DNA of 64,000 bases from Malacoraja senta (GCA_038087875.1 CM075993.1:1366001-1430000), one strand, 5' to 3'. Positions 23,484 through 35,182 are shown, numbered from the stretch's first letter. Program-made: numbers and translations. The notes: generated by a model from the sequence alone, not told the origin.

Positions 23484-26400
23484 CTGTAGAGTGAGAGATG
23501 AGGAGAGTAACATGGGCATCTGGCACATGAAACATTATCTCCACCCTCCATCGAGACAGGTAGGGGGAGTACAGATACAGAGATACTGCGCATAAACAGG
23601 CCCTTCGGCCCACCGAGTACATGCCTACCAGTGATCCCCGCGTACTAACACTAATTCTACACACTCTAGGGACAATTAACCTACAAATCTGGACGTCTTT
23701 GGAGTGTGGGAGGAAACAGAAGCACCCGGGGAAACCCACACTGGTCACGGGGAGAACGTACAAACTCCATACAGACAGCACCCGTAGTCGGGATGGAACC
23801 CGGGTCTCTGGCGCTGTGAGGCAGCAACTCCACCGCTGCGCTAATGTGCCACTCACTGTGTGGTAGTGGTAGTGGACTGGAGTGGGTTCTAAGCAAGAAT
23901 CCAACTCCTCTTATTTGATGGGTAATGAGGCTGTGGTCCTGAAACAGGCAGCAAAACAATTTTCTTCCTCCCACTTCGTCAGCTTAAGCCCCTGTCCCAC
24001 TTTCCCGAGTTACTCACGAATTCTCCCGCGTTTTCCCCTTGATTCAAACTCGGAGATGCCAGCCGTAGGTACTCGCGGGTATTTTTTTTACTCGTGGACA
24101 TTTTTCAACATGATGAAAAAACGTCCCGACTTACCTGATGCCCCGAGGACCTACGGCTGGCATAACGAGCCGCTACGAAATATCTACGGACTCCTACGAA
24201 CTCGCTACGGACATTCTCCGAGTTTGAATCAAGGGGAAAACTCGGCAGAATTCGTGAGTACTCGGGAAAGCGAGACAGGGGCTTTAGTGTCCCAAGTTTA
24301 GTTTATTTTCATACGTACCAGAGCTACAATGACAAACGGAATCACATAGATTCAGACTTATGCAGCAAAATAGCAAGACTTTGCAACAGAACACAATTAG
24401 GATAAAAGTCCAAGTGTATAAGATCATTAGGGGGGTGTTAAGCAGGCTAGGACTTTATTTCCTTGGAGTGTAGGAGGATGAGGGGTGATCTTATAGAGAT
24501 GCATGGGGAATGATTTTAGATGATCAGCCATGATCGTATTAAATGTCAGTGCTGGCCCGAGGGGCTGAATGGCCTACTCCTGCTCCCATGTTTCTAATAG
24601 TTTTGTACCAATGACAACAAACTAGACTTGACCTGACCACGAGGTTATGGCATGGGTTACCTGCAGGAGTCTCCGGCAGAGACAATGACTTTGCCCCTGG
24701 TTTCCTCCTATTGCGCTCCGATCTTCTCCTGGTTTCCTGGGCTTCCTCCGGCCTCTCGTCATCCTGCTCTCTAGCCGCTGCCTCGGTGTTCTGGGCACTC
24801 CTCTGGGGAGCATCCTCTGGCACAGCAGGAGCCCTTTGCTGCTCCACTTTCCCCTTCCTCTTCTTGGCAGCGAGACCCTGTTGACAAGAGGATCAGCTGA
24901 AGCTCGACACAAAATGCTGGACTAGTCAATGGCCAAGGTCCGAACTGAACCTGGGTCTCTGGCACTGTGGGGTGGCGGGACTGTCATATGTTGAACATTG
25001 GGCTTGTATACACTGGAATTTAGGATGAAAGGAGATCTTATTGAAACATATACATATAAGATTATAAAGGGATTGGACACACTGGAGGCAGGAAACATTC
25101 TCACGCACATCCCCAAAGGTTCTACCACTCAGCTATTACATTTCCCTCCTGGAATGAATAAAGTTCTATCGTATCGTATTCCCCTCATGATTTTATGCAC
25201 CTCTATGGGTTCACCTCTCAGCCTTAAGGGGCTGTCCCACTTGGGCGACCTAATTGGCGAGTTTAGAAGAGTTTGAAAAAATGACATGTTGAAGACCTCC
25301 TTCGACTATGTTGAAGACCAGCTAGCTACGACTAACTTCGGGAAAATTGGACACCGAATAGTGGAGAGTGAAGACGACCTCCTTCGATCTCCTTCGACTA
25401 TGATGAAGACTATCTACGCCTACCTTCGATTACCTACGAATAACATGCTGACCTACTACGACTAAACCTACGAATAAACCTACTACGACTAAACCTCGAT
25501 TTTTTCCATGGTGACCTTTTTTTACTCGCGGGCATTTTTTAACAAATTGAAAAACCCACCGCGGCCTAGCTGAGGCCTCGAGTACACGGAGGAGAGTTAC
25601 GAAGACCTCCTACGACCTTGTGTCGACCATGCTGCGAGTATGAGTCGATGGCAAACTCGCTGGAACTCGCGGATTAGGTCGCCCAGATGAGACAGGCCCT
25701 TTATGTGTGGGAGGAAACCAAAGTTCTCTGAGAAAACCCACGTGGGTCATGGGGAGAATGTACAAACTCCGTACAGACAAGCACCCGTGGTCGGGATCGA
25801 ACCCGGGTCTCTAGTGCTGTAAGTGCTGTGAGGCAGCAACTCTACCGCTGCGCCACCGTGCCCCTCATGAGTTGACACATGTCTGTGATAGAAACATAGA
25901 AACATAGGTGCAGGAGTAGGCCATTCGGCCCTTTGAGCCAGTACCACCATTCATGTAAAATCAGTTCCCCGTTCCTGCTTTCTCCCCATATGCCTTGATT
26001 CCGTTAGCCCTTAGAGCCAAATCTAACTCTTGAAAACATCCAGTGAATCGGCCTCCACTGCCTTCTGTGATGGAGAATTCCACAGATTCACAACTCTCTG
26101 GGTGAAACAGTTTTTCCTCATCTCAGTCCTAAATGGCCGACCCCTTATTCTTACTACAGGAAGCTTCACCACAGGCAATAACAATATCAGGATTTGCTGG
26201 CAACTAGGGTTTCAGGCAGGGGTTATGCAGACTGAATGATTCAGGTTGAAAACGGTCTCATTTCCAGGGAGATTCCAACATTTTGCCTCCTTTTACATTT
26301 TCTGCATCTGCAGATTGACTTTTCACTCACCTCAGTTGCCACCGAGTGCTTTTCATCCTCCTCCAATTTTGTTTTCCTCTGAGACTTGGATTTGGGTTTG

Positions 26401-29400
26401 GGGGTTCTGGATCCTTTGCAGGAAGAGAAACATTGATTTGTGGAATAAAGATGCAGTAGGATGCAGCTCTGTAGGACTTGGGCCCGGCTGCGTTTGGAGT
26501 ATTGCGTGCAGTTGTGGTCGCCCCCATTACAGGAAGGATGTGGAGGCTTTGGAGAGGAGGTTTACCAGAATGCTGCCTGGATTAGAGTGTTGCAGCTACA
26601 GGGAGAGGTTGGACAAACTTGGACTGGTTTCTTTGGAATGTTGGAGATTGAGAGATTTGACAGAAGTTTGTAAAATTATGTGAGGCAAAGTTCATAAGTT
26701 ACGAGACCAAGTGGGACCCGTTGGGTCCCGTCCCCTCAACGCGCGGTTGCGGGGGGTGGCCTGCGGCATCACACACACACACACTAACCCCCCCCCTTGA
26801 TATTATATTAATATAATTCATTTGTTCCTTTCCCCCCATCCCCCGCCCTATCCACTCACGCATAGCCCCCAACTGCACAGGCGTGGCTAGAGAGGGAGGG
26901 GGTAGTTATAGGAGCAGAATTAGGCCATTCGGCCCATCAAGTCTACTCTGCCATTCAGTCATGTCTTTCTCTCTCAACCCGATTCTCCTGCCTTCTCCCC
27001 GTAACCCCTGACACCCGTGGACAGGGTAGAAAGTGGGAACCCTGTTCGCAGGGTGGAGATGTCTATCACAAGAGGGCATGGTGATACAGAGAGTGTGGGA
27101 TGATGTGCAGGGGCAATGTTTTTACACAAAGAGTGAGTGGGTGTCTGGAACACGTTGTTGGGGCCAGTGGTGGCGGCAGGTGGGAAAGCGGCGTTTAGAT
27201 TGGGACGCGGAGATGCAGGGATATGGATCAGGCAGATGAGGACCGGTTAACTAGGCATCAGGTACGCCACAGACATTGTGGGCCGAAGGGCCTGTTCCTC
27301 CACTGTACTGTGTTCTATGTACCACAGGACCTAAAACTACCTTTCCAATCTGTAGGTGAATAAGTGGTCAGGTTAGTAAACCTGAGATGTGGTTTTTTAA
27401 ATAATAATGGTGATATTAAATAATCAGTAAATGATGATATAAATGATATAATGATTATATAAACGATGATGATTAAATAATGATCATTCTTGATTAGTAC
27501 GGTGTCAGGGGTTATGGGGAGAAGGCAGGAGAATGGGGTTAGGAGGGAGAGATAGATCAGCCATGATTGGACGGTGGAGTAGACTTGATGGGCCGAATGG
27601 CTTAATTCTATCATATCACTTATGACCTTATGACATGTACGATATTAAATAATCGTTAAATAATGATGCTGTAAAAGAAATCAAACATTTATAGCGGGGA
27701 CATGCAGGAGTCCAGCCAAAAACTGAGCGGACACAAGCTTGAGACGTGTTTTAATCGGTAACGTACAGCTCCCTACTCCTCAAATGGGCAGGGGCGTTCC
27801 CTGACCTTAAATACCCCTAAGGGTCAGCCCCGTGACCTGCGCCTCCAAACACTGAGACTCCTAACTCCTCCCTCCAGAGCCGAGGGTTCGCTCGGCCGTG
27901 GCCTACCACCAGGTGCTGCCACACACTAAACTTAAATATTAAAATTAAACTCACCTTTTGGTGCCATTGGTCCTGGGATTCCCTGGAATGGAAGCACAGA
28001 GCCTGCTATGAAACATGCTGGTAAATGTATGTTGAACTTGTGGTTGACGTTTACAGGAGTGACAACAGACTCCAAGCAACTAATCATGAAGAGTCAAAGA
28101 GATACATATATTATAGAAACATATACAATTCTCAAGGCTAGATGCAGGAAACATGTTCCCCATGTTGAGGGCAGTCCTGAACCTGGGGGTCACAGTTTAA
28201 GAATAAGGGGTAAGCCATTTAGGACTGAAATGAGGAAAAACTTTTTCACCCAGAGAGTTGCGAATCTGGAATTCTCTGCCACAGAAGGCAGTGGAGGCCA
28301 ATTCACTGGATGTTTTCAAGAGAGAGTTAGATTTAGCTCTTAGGGCTAACGGAATCAAGTGATATGGGGAGAAAGCAGGAACGGGGTACTGATTTTGGAT
28401 GATCAGCCATGATCATATTGAATGGCGGTGCTGGCTCGAAGGGCCGAATGGCCTACTCCTGCATCTATTTTCTATGTTTCTTATTCGATACAGAAACAGG
28501 CTCTTCAGCCCATCAAGTCCGTTCTGATCATCATCCACCCATTTACACTAATCCTACAGTAATCCCGTATTTTACATTTTTCCCCCAACATTCTCACGCA
28601 CATCCCCAAAGGTTCTCCCACTCAGCTGTTTAATTTCCCACCTGGAATAAATAAAGTTGTATCGTATTCCCCTCGTGATTTTATACACCTCTATCCGCTC
28701 GCCTCTCAGCCTTATGTGTGGGAGGAAACCAAAGTTCTCGGAGAAAACCCACACAGGTCACGGGGAGAACGTACAAACTCCGTACAGACAAGCACCCGTA
28801 GACTGGTAAAATGGATAATCAGGTCAGCTGTGTAGGGAGGAACTGCAGATGCTGGTTTACACCGAAGATAGACACAAAAAGCTGGAGTAACTCAGCGGGA
28901 CAGACAGCTGTAGGTGAATCGAGGAGCAGAGGACATAGGTTAATGGTGAAGGGTCAAAGGAATCTGAGGGGTAACTTTTGAACATAGTAATGGTGATATG
29001 GAACAAGCTGCCAGAGGAGGTATCCCAACGTTGAACAGTTCTCTGGAGAGAAGGAATAGGTGACCCTTCTTCAGTCTGAAACAAAACATCATCTATTCCT
29101 TTTCTCCAGAGAGGCTGTCTGACCCGCTGAGTTACTCCAGCTTTTTGCTTCCATAACTAGGTGAGGCTCTGGAACCAAGGATGGCGGAAAGCCGGGTGGC
29201 GGGTCCTGTACTCCAGGTCATGCCTGCGAGACGCAGAGAGTTTCTCCGATTTACCTGGAACCAGATGGTCCTGCCGTTGGCATCACGGAGGGTCTGCATT
29301 CCCGACACATCGTAGCAACGGAGCCACGCAGCAAAGGCAGAGGATCCGTCAGTACGGTCAGAGTTGTAGCCCTTGCCCCCTGTGTCATAGAGAGAGAGTC

Positions 29401-32265
29401 ATAGAGTGATACAGCACGGAAACAGGCCCTTCAGCCCAACTTGCCCACACCGGCCAACACGTCCCAGCTACACTAGTCTCACCTGCCTGCGCTTGGTCCA
29501 TATCCCTACAAACCTGTCTTATCCATGTACCTGTCTAACTGCTAAACTACAGTTGTGATAGTCCCTGCCCCAACTACCTCCTCTGGCAGCTTGTTTCATA
29601 CACCCACCACCTTTTCAACCTCTCCCGCAAGCTCACACCCTCTAGTCTTGGCAACATCCTCGTAAATTTTCTCTGTACCCATTCCAGCTTGACAATATCT
29701 TTCCTATAAAAAGTGTTTTTTTGTGTTTTTTTTAGAGATACAGTGCGGAAACAGTCCCTTCGGCCCACCGAGTCTGCACTGTCCAGCAATCCCCGCACAT
29801 TAACACTATCCTACACACACTAGGGACAATTTACACATACACCAAGCCAATTAACCTACATATTTGTACGTCTTTGGAGTGTGGGACGAAACCGAAGATC
29901 TCGGAGAAAACCCACGCAGGTCACGGGGAGGACGTACAAACTCTGTACAGACAGCACCTGTAGTCGGGATCGAACCCGGGTCTCTGGCGCTGCAAGCTCT
30001 GTAAGGCAGCAACTCTACTGCTGCGCCACTGTGGCCGGTTGTGGTTGGGGTAAGATGGATTATACTGTTCTATCAGCGCAGATTGGATTGATTTGAATTG
30101 AAAACAACAGCATGGAAACAGATCCTTTTGCCCACCTGGAGCCTCCCACTAGTGTGAATCACACCAGTGCTGTTTGCTGCGTAAGATTGCCTTACCCAAA
30201 TGAATGACCTCCATTGGCAGCAGGTGGCACAGCTCAAGAATGTCAGGGTTCTCCAACTTCACCTTTACCTTCTTGCTCACAGTCAACTCAGCTGTCTTGA
30301 GAAAAGAGAGGTGGACAAGCAGTTAGTTGCTGGTCGCTGCCAGTGGCCTGACTCCACTTACTGGAAGCTGAACGTATCAACCCTTAGATCCAGTTCCATT
30401 TCCAGGCTCCTTTCCCACCCAACTCTTGGCTCTCCCCCCAACTCACCTCATCCTGATCCCGGCCTTTCTCTCACCCGTGGAGTGACCAATACTTATCTCC
30501 TCATCTTCTTCCATTTCCACATCCGTTCCCCCACAGTGGTTGATCCAAGTAACACCGCGTCGCTGCCACCTTCCTAGACGTTACCACGGTGTTGCTTGGA
30601 GGGTTGAACTGAAGCTTCCCTCCTGAACCAGGAGGTCCCAACCCCAACACGTTTTCCACACTCCATATGATTTAATTAGCTAGACTTATGTCCACCAGAG
30701 GTGGAAACTGAGATGACCCTGGGTCTGGAGACGCAAGGAACTGCAGGTGCTGGAATCCTGAGCAAAATGCAAAGTGTTGGAGGAACTCTGCAGGTCGGGC
30801 AGCATCTGTGGAGGACATGGATTGCTGATGTTTTGGGTTAAGGACCTTTTGAACCCAAATACCACCAACCCTGGTCGTGTGGCAAATAAAGATTCTATCT
30901 ATCTATCTAAAGTGGCCATACTTTGAGGAGAGTTCGAAATGGACCAGTAAAATGGAGACACAATGAACTGCAGACGTTCTGCTAAGAGCAGGCATAGTCT
31001 CAATGGGTCACGGGGTCGTACAGCACGGAAACAGGCCCTGGGGCATAACGCATCCATGTCGACCAAGATGCCCCATCTAAGCTTGTCCGAAGTGTATTAT
31101 AAATATTGTTATAATACCTGTCTCAATTACCTTCTCTGGCAACTCGTTCCATACACGAGTAGGAAAGGTTGTCCATCAGGTTCCTATGAAATCTTTCCCC
31201 CTCACCTTAAATCTGTGCCTGACCTCGGGTGCTGTCTATGTGGAGTTTGCACGTTCTCTCTGTGACCGCGTGGGTTTCCACAGGGTGCTCTGGTCTCTCA
31301 CAACCAATGGACGTGCGGGTTTGTAGGTTAATTGGCTTCGGTAAATTGTCTCTAGCGTGTAGGGGAGTGGATGAGAAAGTGGAATAACAGGGTGATCGAT
31401 GGTTAGGGTGGACGTGGTGGGCCGAAGGGCCTGTTTCCGCGCTGTATCTTTCTTTCAATCGATTCAAGCAATCAAGTTTTGGGGAGTGTAGATAGTTAAA
31501 TAGACCGTAGCGCAGCTGTTAAGATATGGATGGTTTATTTATGTGTAACAAACAGTATCGAGGAAGTGGATGAGAATTGAAGCAGTGTGAGTGGGTGATC
31601 GATGGACAGTGTGGACATGGTGGGCCGAATGGACCTGTTTCCATGCTGTACCTCTAAACTAAGTTTCCCTGTCTAGGAGGCATGGTCACAGAAAATACAA
31701 TGGTGGAATGGTGAGTGGTCCATCAACATAATGGTTCTGGATCAAAGACCCTTCCGTAGATTGGAGGCCAGTTCATTGGCTATATTTAAGAGGGAGTTAG
31801 ATGTGGCCCTTGTGGCTAAAGGGATCAGGGGGTATGGAGAGAAGGCAGGTACAGGATACTGAGTTGGATGATCAGCCATGATCATATTGAATGGCGGTGT
31901 AGGCTCGAAGGGCCGAATGGCCTACTCCTGCACCTATTTTCTATGTTTCTATGATTGACGGCGTTGTACATCACAACATTGCGCAGAGCTGTTGCCTTTC
32001 TCTCTGGTGAAAATTCACAAGTTCACAGGTTCTAGGAGAAGAATTAGGCCATTCAGCCCAACGAGTCCACTCCGCCATTCAATCATGGCTGATCTCTGCC
32101 CCCTAATCCCATTTTCCTGCCTTCTCCTCATAACCCTCGACACCCGTTCTCTGTGCGCGTATGTTACCTTGCGTCTGAACCACCCTGGGAGTTGTCCTTA
32201 CCGACTCCTTGTGGACTGACGCTTCCAATACAGTCCTCGCTCTCTCAAATGGAGGAACCTTCAAC
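23437..32265 (-). CDS. NEIL1: Endonuclease VIII-like 1 DNA glycosylase, last 7 coding exons (5' part absent from window)
   Basis: complement join(32265-32202,30295-30196,29379-29255,27982-27955,26413-26331,24877-24661,23483-23437); phases chain correctly; LKVPPFERARTVLEA..NPDILELCH..GGKGY..AWLRCY..RDANGRTIWFQGIPGPMAPK. Confidence 0.93.
23987..24283. mobile_element. PIF/Harbinger-type MITE, 297 bp
   Basis: About 70-bp terminal inverted repeats agcccctgtcccacttt..aaagcgagacaggggct; TTA TSD at 23984-23986 and 24284-24286. Confidence 0.85.
24661..24877 (-). CDS. NEIL1: NEIL1 exon, basic disordered tail (217 nt)
   Basis: cctcttgtcaacag acceptor; GLAAKKRKGKVEQQRAP..RRRSERNRRKPGAKSLSLPETPA; donor gtaacc. 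Confidence 0.78.
25227..25700. mobile_element. PIF/Harbinger-type MITE, 474 bp
   Basis: TIR aggggctgtcccacttgggcgacctaat..attaggtcgcccagatgagacaggccct; TTA TSD at 25224-25226 and 25701-25703; empty site at 28712-28714. Confidence 0.88.
26331..26413 (-). CDS. NEIL1: NEIL1 exon (83 nt)
   Basis: tttctcttcctgcaaag acceptor; (G)SRTPKPKSKSQRKTKLEEDEKHSVATE; donor gtgagt. Confidence 0.82.
27690..27923 (-). mobile_element. Possible solo LTR
   Basis: Imperfect inverted ends tatagcgg..ctgccaca, near-TSD catt/cact, and TATTTAA then ATTAAA on the - strand. Confidence 0.35.
27955..27982 (-). CDS. NEIL1: NEIL1 28-nt micro-exon
   Basis: cttccattccag acceptor; GIPGPMAPK(G), matching human GDPGPLAPKG; donor gtgagt. 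Confidence 0.9.
29255..29379 (-). CDS. NEIL1: NEIL1 exon with lesion-recognition loop and zincless finger (125 nt)
   Basis: (G)GKGYNSDRTDGSSAFAAWLRCYDVSGMQTLRDANGRTIWFQ; donor gtaaat. Confidence 0.95.
30196..30295 (-). CDS. NEIL1: NEIL1 exon (100 nt)
   Basis: TAELTVSKKVKVKLENPDILELCHLLPMEVIHL(G); ctctcttttctcaag acceptor, gtaagg donor. Confidence 0.94.
32202..32265 (-). CDS. NEIL1: NEIL1 exon (64 nt)
   Basis: (R)LKVPPFERARTVLEASVHKES; tttgatcttcag acceptor, gtaagg donor. Confidence 0.94.
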
Positions 32266-32673
32266 CTGAAGATCAAAGGAGATTCAAAGATAGACACAAA
32301 AAGCTGGAGTAACTCAGCGGGACAAGCAGAAGGAATGGGTGACGTTTCGGGTCAGACGTGAAGGAGATTAATTTATTTAGTTCACGAGAAACAGACTTCA
32401 TTAGCAAAGGACGATGACAAGCAATTTCTTTCGATCTAATCGCTGGAAGATTTTCCGAGTTTCATGGTTATTGCTCAACCTTTGGTCGTGTTTAGGTAAC
32501 GTGTGGAGGAAGGCTAGTCCAGTCACGCCAACTGTGAACTCTACATTCCCGGCAACATTAGGTGACCCATGGAGAACATCGAGTCCAACCGTTCGGCTTC
32601 ACCACAGAGCCCGGGTACACAGCTTATCCTTTCTCGTGATCTTACGAAATACGGACGACATTAAACACAATGT

Positions 32674-32960
32674 GGGCGTCACGGTGGCGCAGCGGTAGAG
32701 TTGCTGCCTTACAGCGAATGCAGCGCCGGAGACCCGGGTTCCATCCCAACTATGGGTGCTGTCTGTACGGAGTTTGTACGTTCTCCCCGTGACCTGCGTG
32801 GGTTTTCTCCGAGATCTTCGGTTTCCTCCCACACTCCAAAGACGTACAGGTTTGTAGGTGAATTGGCTTGGTGTATGTGTAAATTGTCCCTAGTGTGTGT
32901 CGGATAGTGTTAATGTGCGGGAATCGTTAGTCAGTGGGCCGAAGGGACTGTTTCCTCACT
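32674..32960 (+). mobile_element. tRNA-derived V-SINE (HE1-like), representative copy
   Basis: A box tggcgcagcgg, B box ggttccatccc, V-domain ggagtttgtacgttctccccgtg; other copies about 19762-20055(+), 23570-23852(-), 29730-30035(-), 57110-57412(-), 59215-59470(+), 61950-62247(-). Confidence 0.85.
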
Positions 32961-33160
32961 NNNNNNNNNNNNNNNNNNNNNNNNNNNNNNNNNNNNNNNN
33001 NNNNNNNNNNNNNNNNNNNNNNNNNNNNNNNNNNNNNNNNNNNNNNNNNNNNNNNNNNNNNNNNNNNNNNNNNNNNNNNNNNNNNNNNNNNNNNNNNNNN
33101 NNNNNNNNNNNNNNNNNNNNNNNNNNNNNNNNNNNNNNNNNNNNNNNNNNNNNNNNNNNN
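32961..33160. other. Assembly gap (200 N)
   Basis: Run of exactly 200 N, probably a nominal scaffolding size. Confidence 0.99.
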
Positions 33161-34242
33161 GAGGACAGAGTAAAGGCAGGGACAGGGAGGGGGGGGTGGG
33201 GCGAGAGTGAGAGGGTTTGGGGAGAGACGGGGGCAGAGGGAGTCGGGGGATATGGGGAGAAGGCAGGAATGGGGTACTGATTGGGGATGATCAGTACCTC
33301 CACCATCTCCAGTTTAAATTCCATTTGGAATATTTTGGAGGTCCAAGAAACCAAGAACCAAGAACCAAGCCGTGATCACATGGAATGGCGGTGCTGGCTC
33401 GAAGGGCTGAATGGCCTACTCCTGCACTTATTGTCTATTGTCTATTGTTTAAGGGGAGGCATGAGGAGAGGGGGTAGGGAATGAAGTGAGGGGAGGGGGG
33501 CAGGGGAAGGGAGGTTTCAATTCAGTTTAGTTTACAGATATAACACAGGAACCAGGTCCTTCAGTTCACCGAGTCCGCGCCGGCCAGCGATCACCTTTTC
33601 CAATCCACTCCCCAACACACATCGGGCCAATTAACCTGCACATCTTCGGGATGTGGAAGGAAATCGGATCACCCGGAGGAAACCCAGGCGGTTACGGGGG
33701 AGACCGTGCGAACTCCACACAGACAGCACCCAAGGTTAGGTCTCTGGCACTGTGAGATCCCAGGTCTCTGGAGCTGTGAGACAGCAACTCTACCCGCTGT
33801 GTGGACAGGGAATCGGTCAATGATCTGCAATCTCCCATCAGGACAAGATGAAAAAAATATTTCTGTGGGAACAATGAACTGCAGGTGTTGGTTTGCAAAA
33901 GAAGACGCAAAGTGCTGGAGTAACATAAAATCCACGTTATAGGATTAGGCCATTCGGCCCATCAAGTCTACTCTGCCATTCAATCATGGCTGATCAATCT
34001 CTCCCTCTCAACCCCATTCTCCTGCCTTCTCCCCATAACCCCTGACACCCGTACTAATCAAGAATCTATCCATCTCTGCCTTGAAAATATCCACTGACTT
34101 GGTAGCTTAACGGTTCAGGCAGCATCTCAGAGGAACATGGATCGGTGACGTTTTGGGTTGGGACTGTATTTCAGACTGAAAGGTTTGTGTTTGTTTTGCA
34201 GCGAGTGAAAGAGCAGCGGTGACCAGTGGCGCTGGGGCCGCC

Positions 34243-35182
34243 ATGCTGGAGAAGGATACGGTCTTTGGCGTGGTGACGACATGGCCGGCGGCAGCTCAGG
34301 AGACGTGTGCCGGGATTTCCTGCGCAACGTGTGCAAGAGGGGCAGGCGCTGCAAGTTCCTGCACCCAGAGGTGAGCGAGGCGGCCGATACCACGGACGAG
34401 CCGGCGCTGGTTAGAGGCGAGGCGCCGGTGTGCCGGGACCACCAGAACGGCGAGTGCCAGCGCGGCGCCAAGTGCAAGTTCCGCCACTTTGAGAGGGAGT
34501 CGCCGGAGCAGGTCAGCTCTCCCATCGTCTACCGCATGGACCCGTACCACACGGAGCTGTACGAGGAGCAGGCGCTGAAGCGACGGAGGCTGGAGAGCCT
34601 GCGCTTCGACCTGTACGACCACGGCGTGCCGCGACCCTTCCCCGTCGACTACCGCTACCTGGAGGAGGAGAACCTGATGCTGCACAAGAGGGTGGAGGAG
34701 CTGAAGAAGCAGGCGTCCAATCTGCTGGCCACCACGAGGTTCTGCTGGAGCAGAACGCTATCTACCGTAACCAGCCCAAGGTAGTGACGCTGACCACCAC
34801 GGCAGCAGCTGAGCAGCAGCTGGCTCCCCCCACCGTGGCCACCGTCACTGCCTACAACCACACCATCGTGCAGGCCCACAACTCCCTCAGCAGCCAGGCC
34901 CTTCGGCCCCGGCAGAGATGGTAGCCCAGGCCAGCGCCGTGCCCCTGGTCTCCACCGTGCCCGCTCCCCCCTCTGCCCCCTCCCCCTGGGCAGCACATGG
35001 CCACCGAGCTGGCACTGGCTCAGACCATCGCGCAGAGCATGGCAACTCCGGTGACCATGACACCGGTCACTGTCTCCATCACCCAGGCCATCCCCGGCAT
35101 CACTGTCAGCCACGCCACCACGCCCATGGTCAGCTACGCCATCGCCTCGCAGAGCATGAGAATCGCACCCATGCCCCACTGA
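34243..35182 (+). CDS. ZC3H10: ZC3H10-like CCCH zinc-finger protein, single coding exon, two fingers, four frameshifts as assembled (sequence errors or pseudogene)
   Basis: Acceptor tttgttttgcag ending 34201; gccgccATG at 34243; CRDFLRNVCKRGRRCKFLH, CRDHQNGECQRGAKCKFRH, LEEENLMLHKRVEELKKQASNLLAT, EVLLEQNA, LSSQAL, ALAQTIAQSM..TTPMVSYAIASQSMRIAPMPH*. Confidence 0.9.

Noticed and set aside
27955..28002. Longer 48-nt version of the NEIL1 micro-exon using the upstream tagcag acceptor
   Set aside because: Phase incompatible with the preceding phase-0 exon; the 28-nt version matches GDPGPLAPK homology
32674..32760. tRNA gene
   Set aside because: A and B boxes belong to a SINE head that continues into the V-domain and LINE-like tail; many decayed copies
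32897..33354. ORFs spanning X runs
   Set aside because: Artefacts of the N gap
34281..34784. 167-aa ORF as the complete ZC3H10-like protein
   Set aside because: Homology continues in other frames upstream (ATG 34243) and downstream to the stop at 35182
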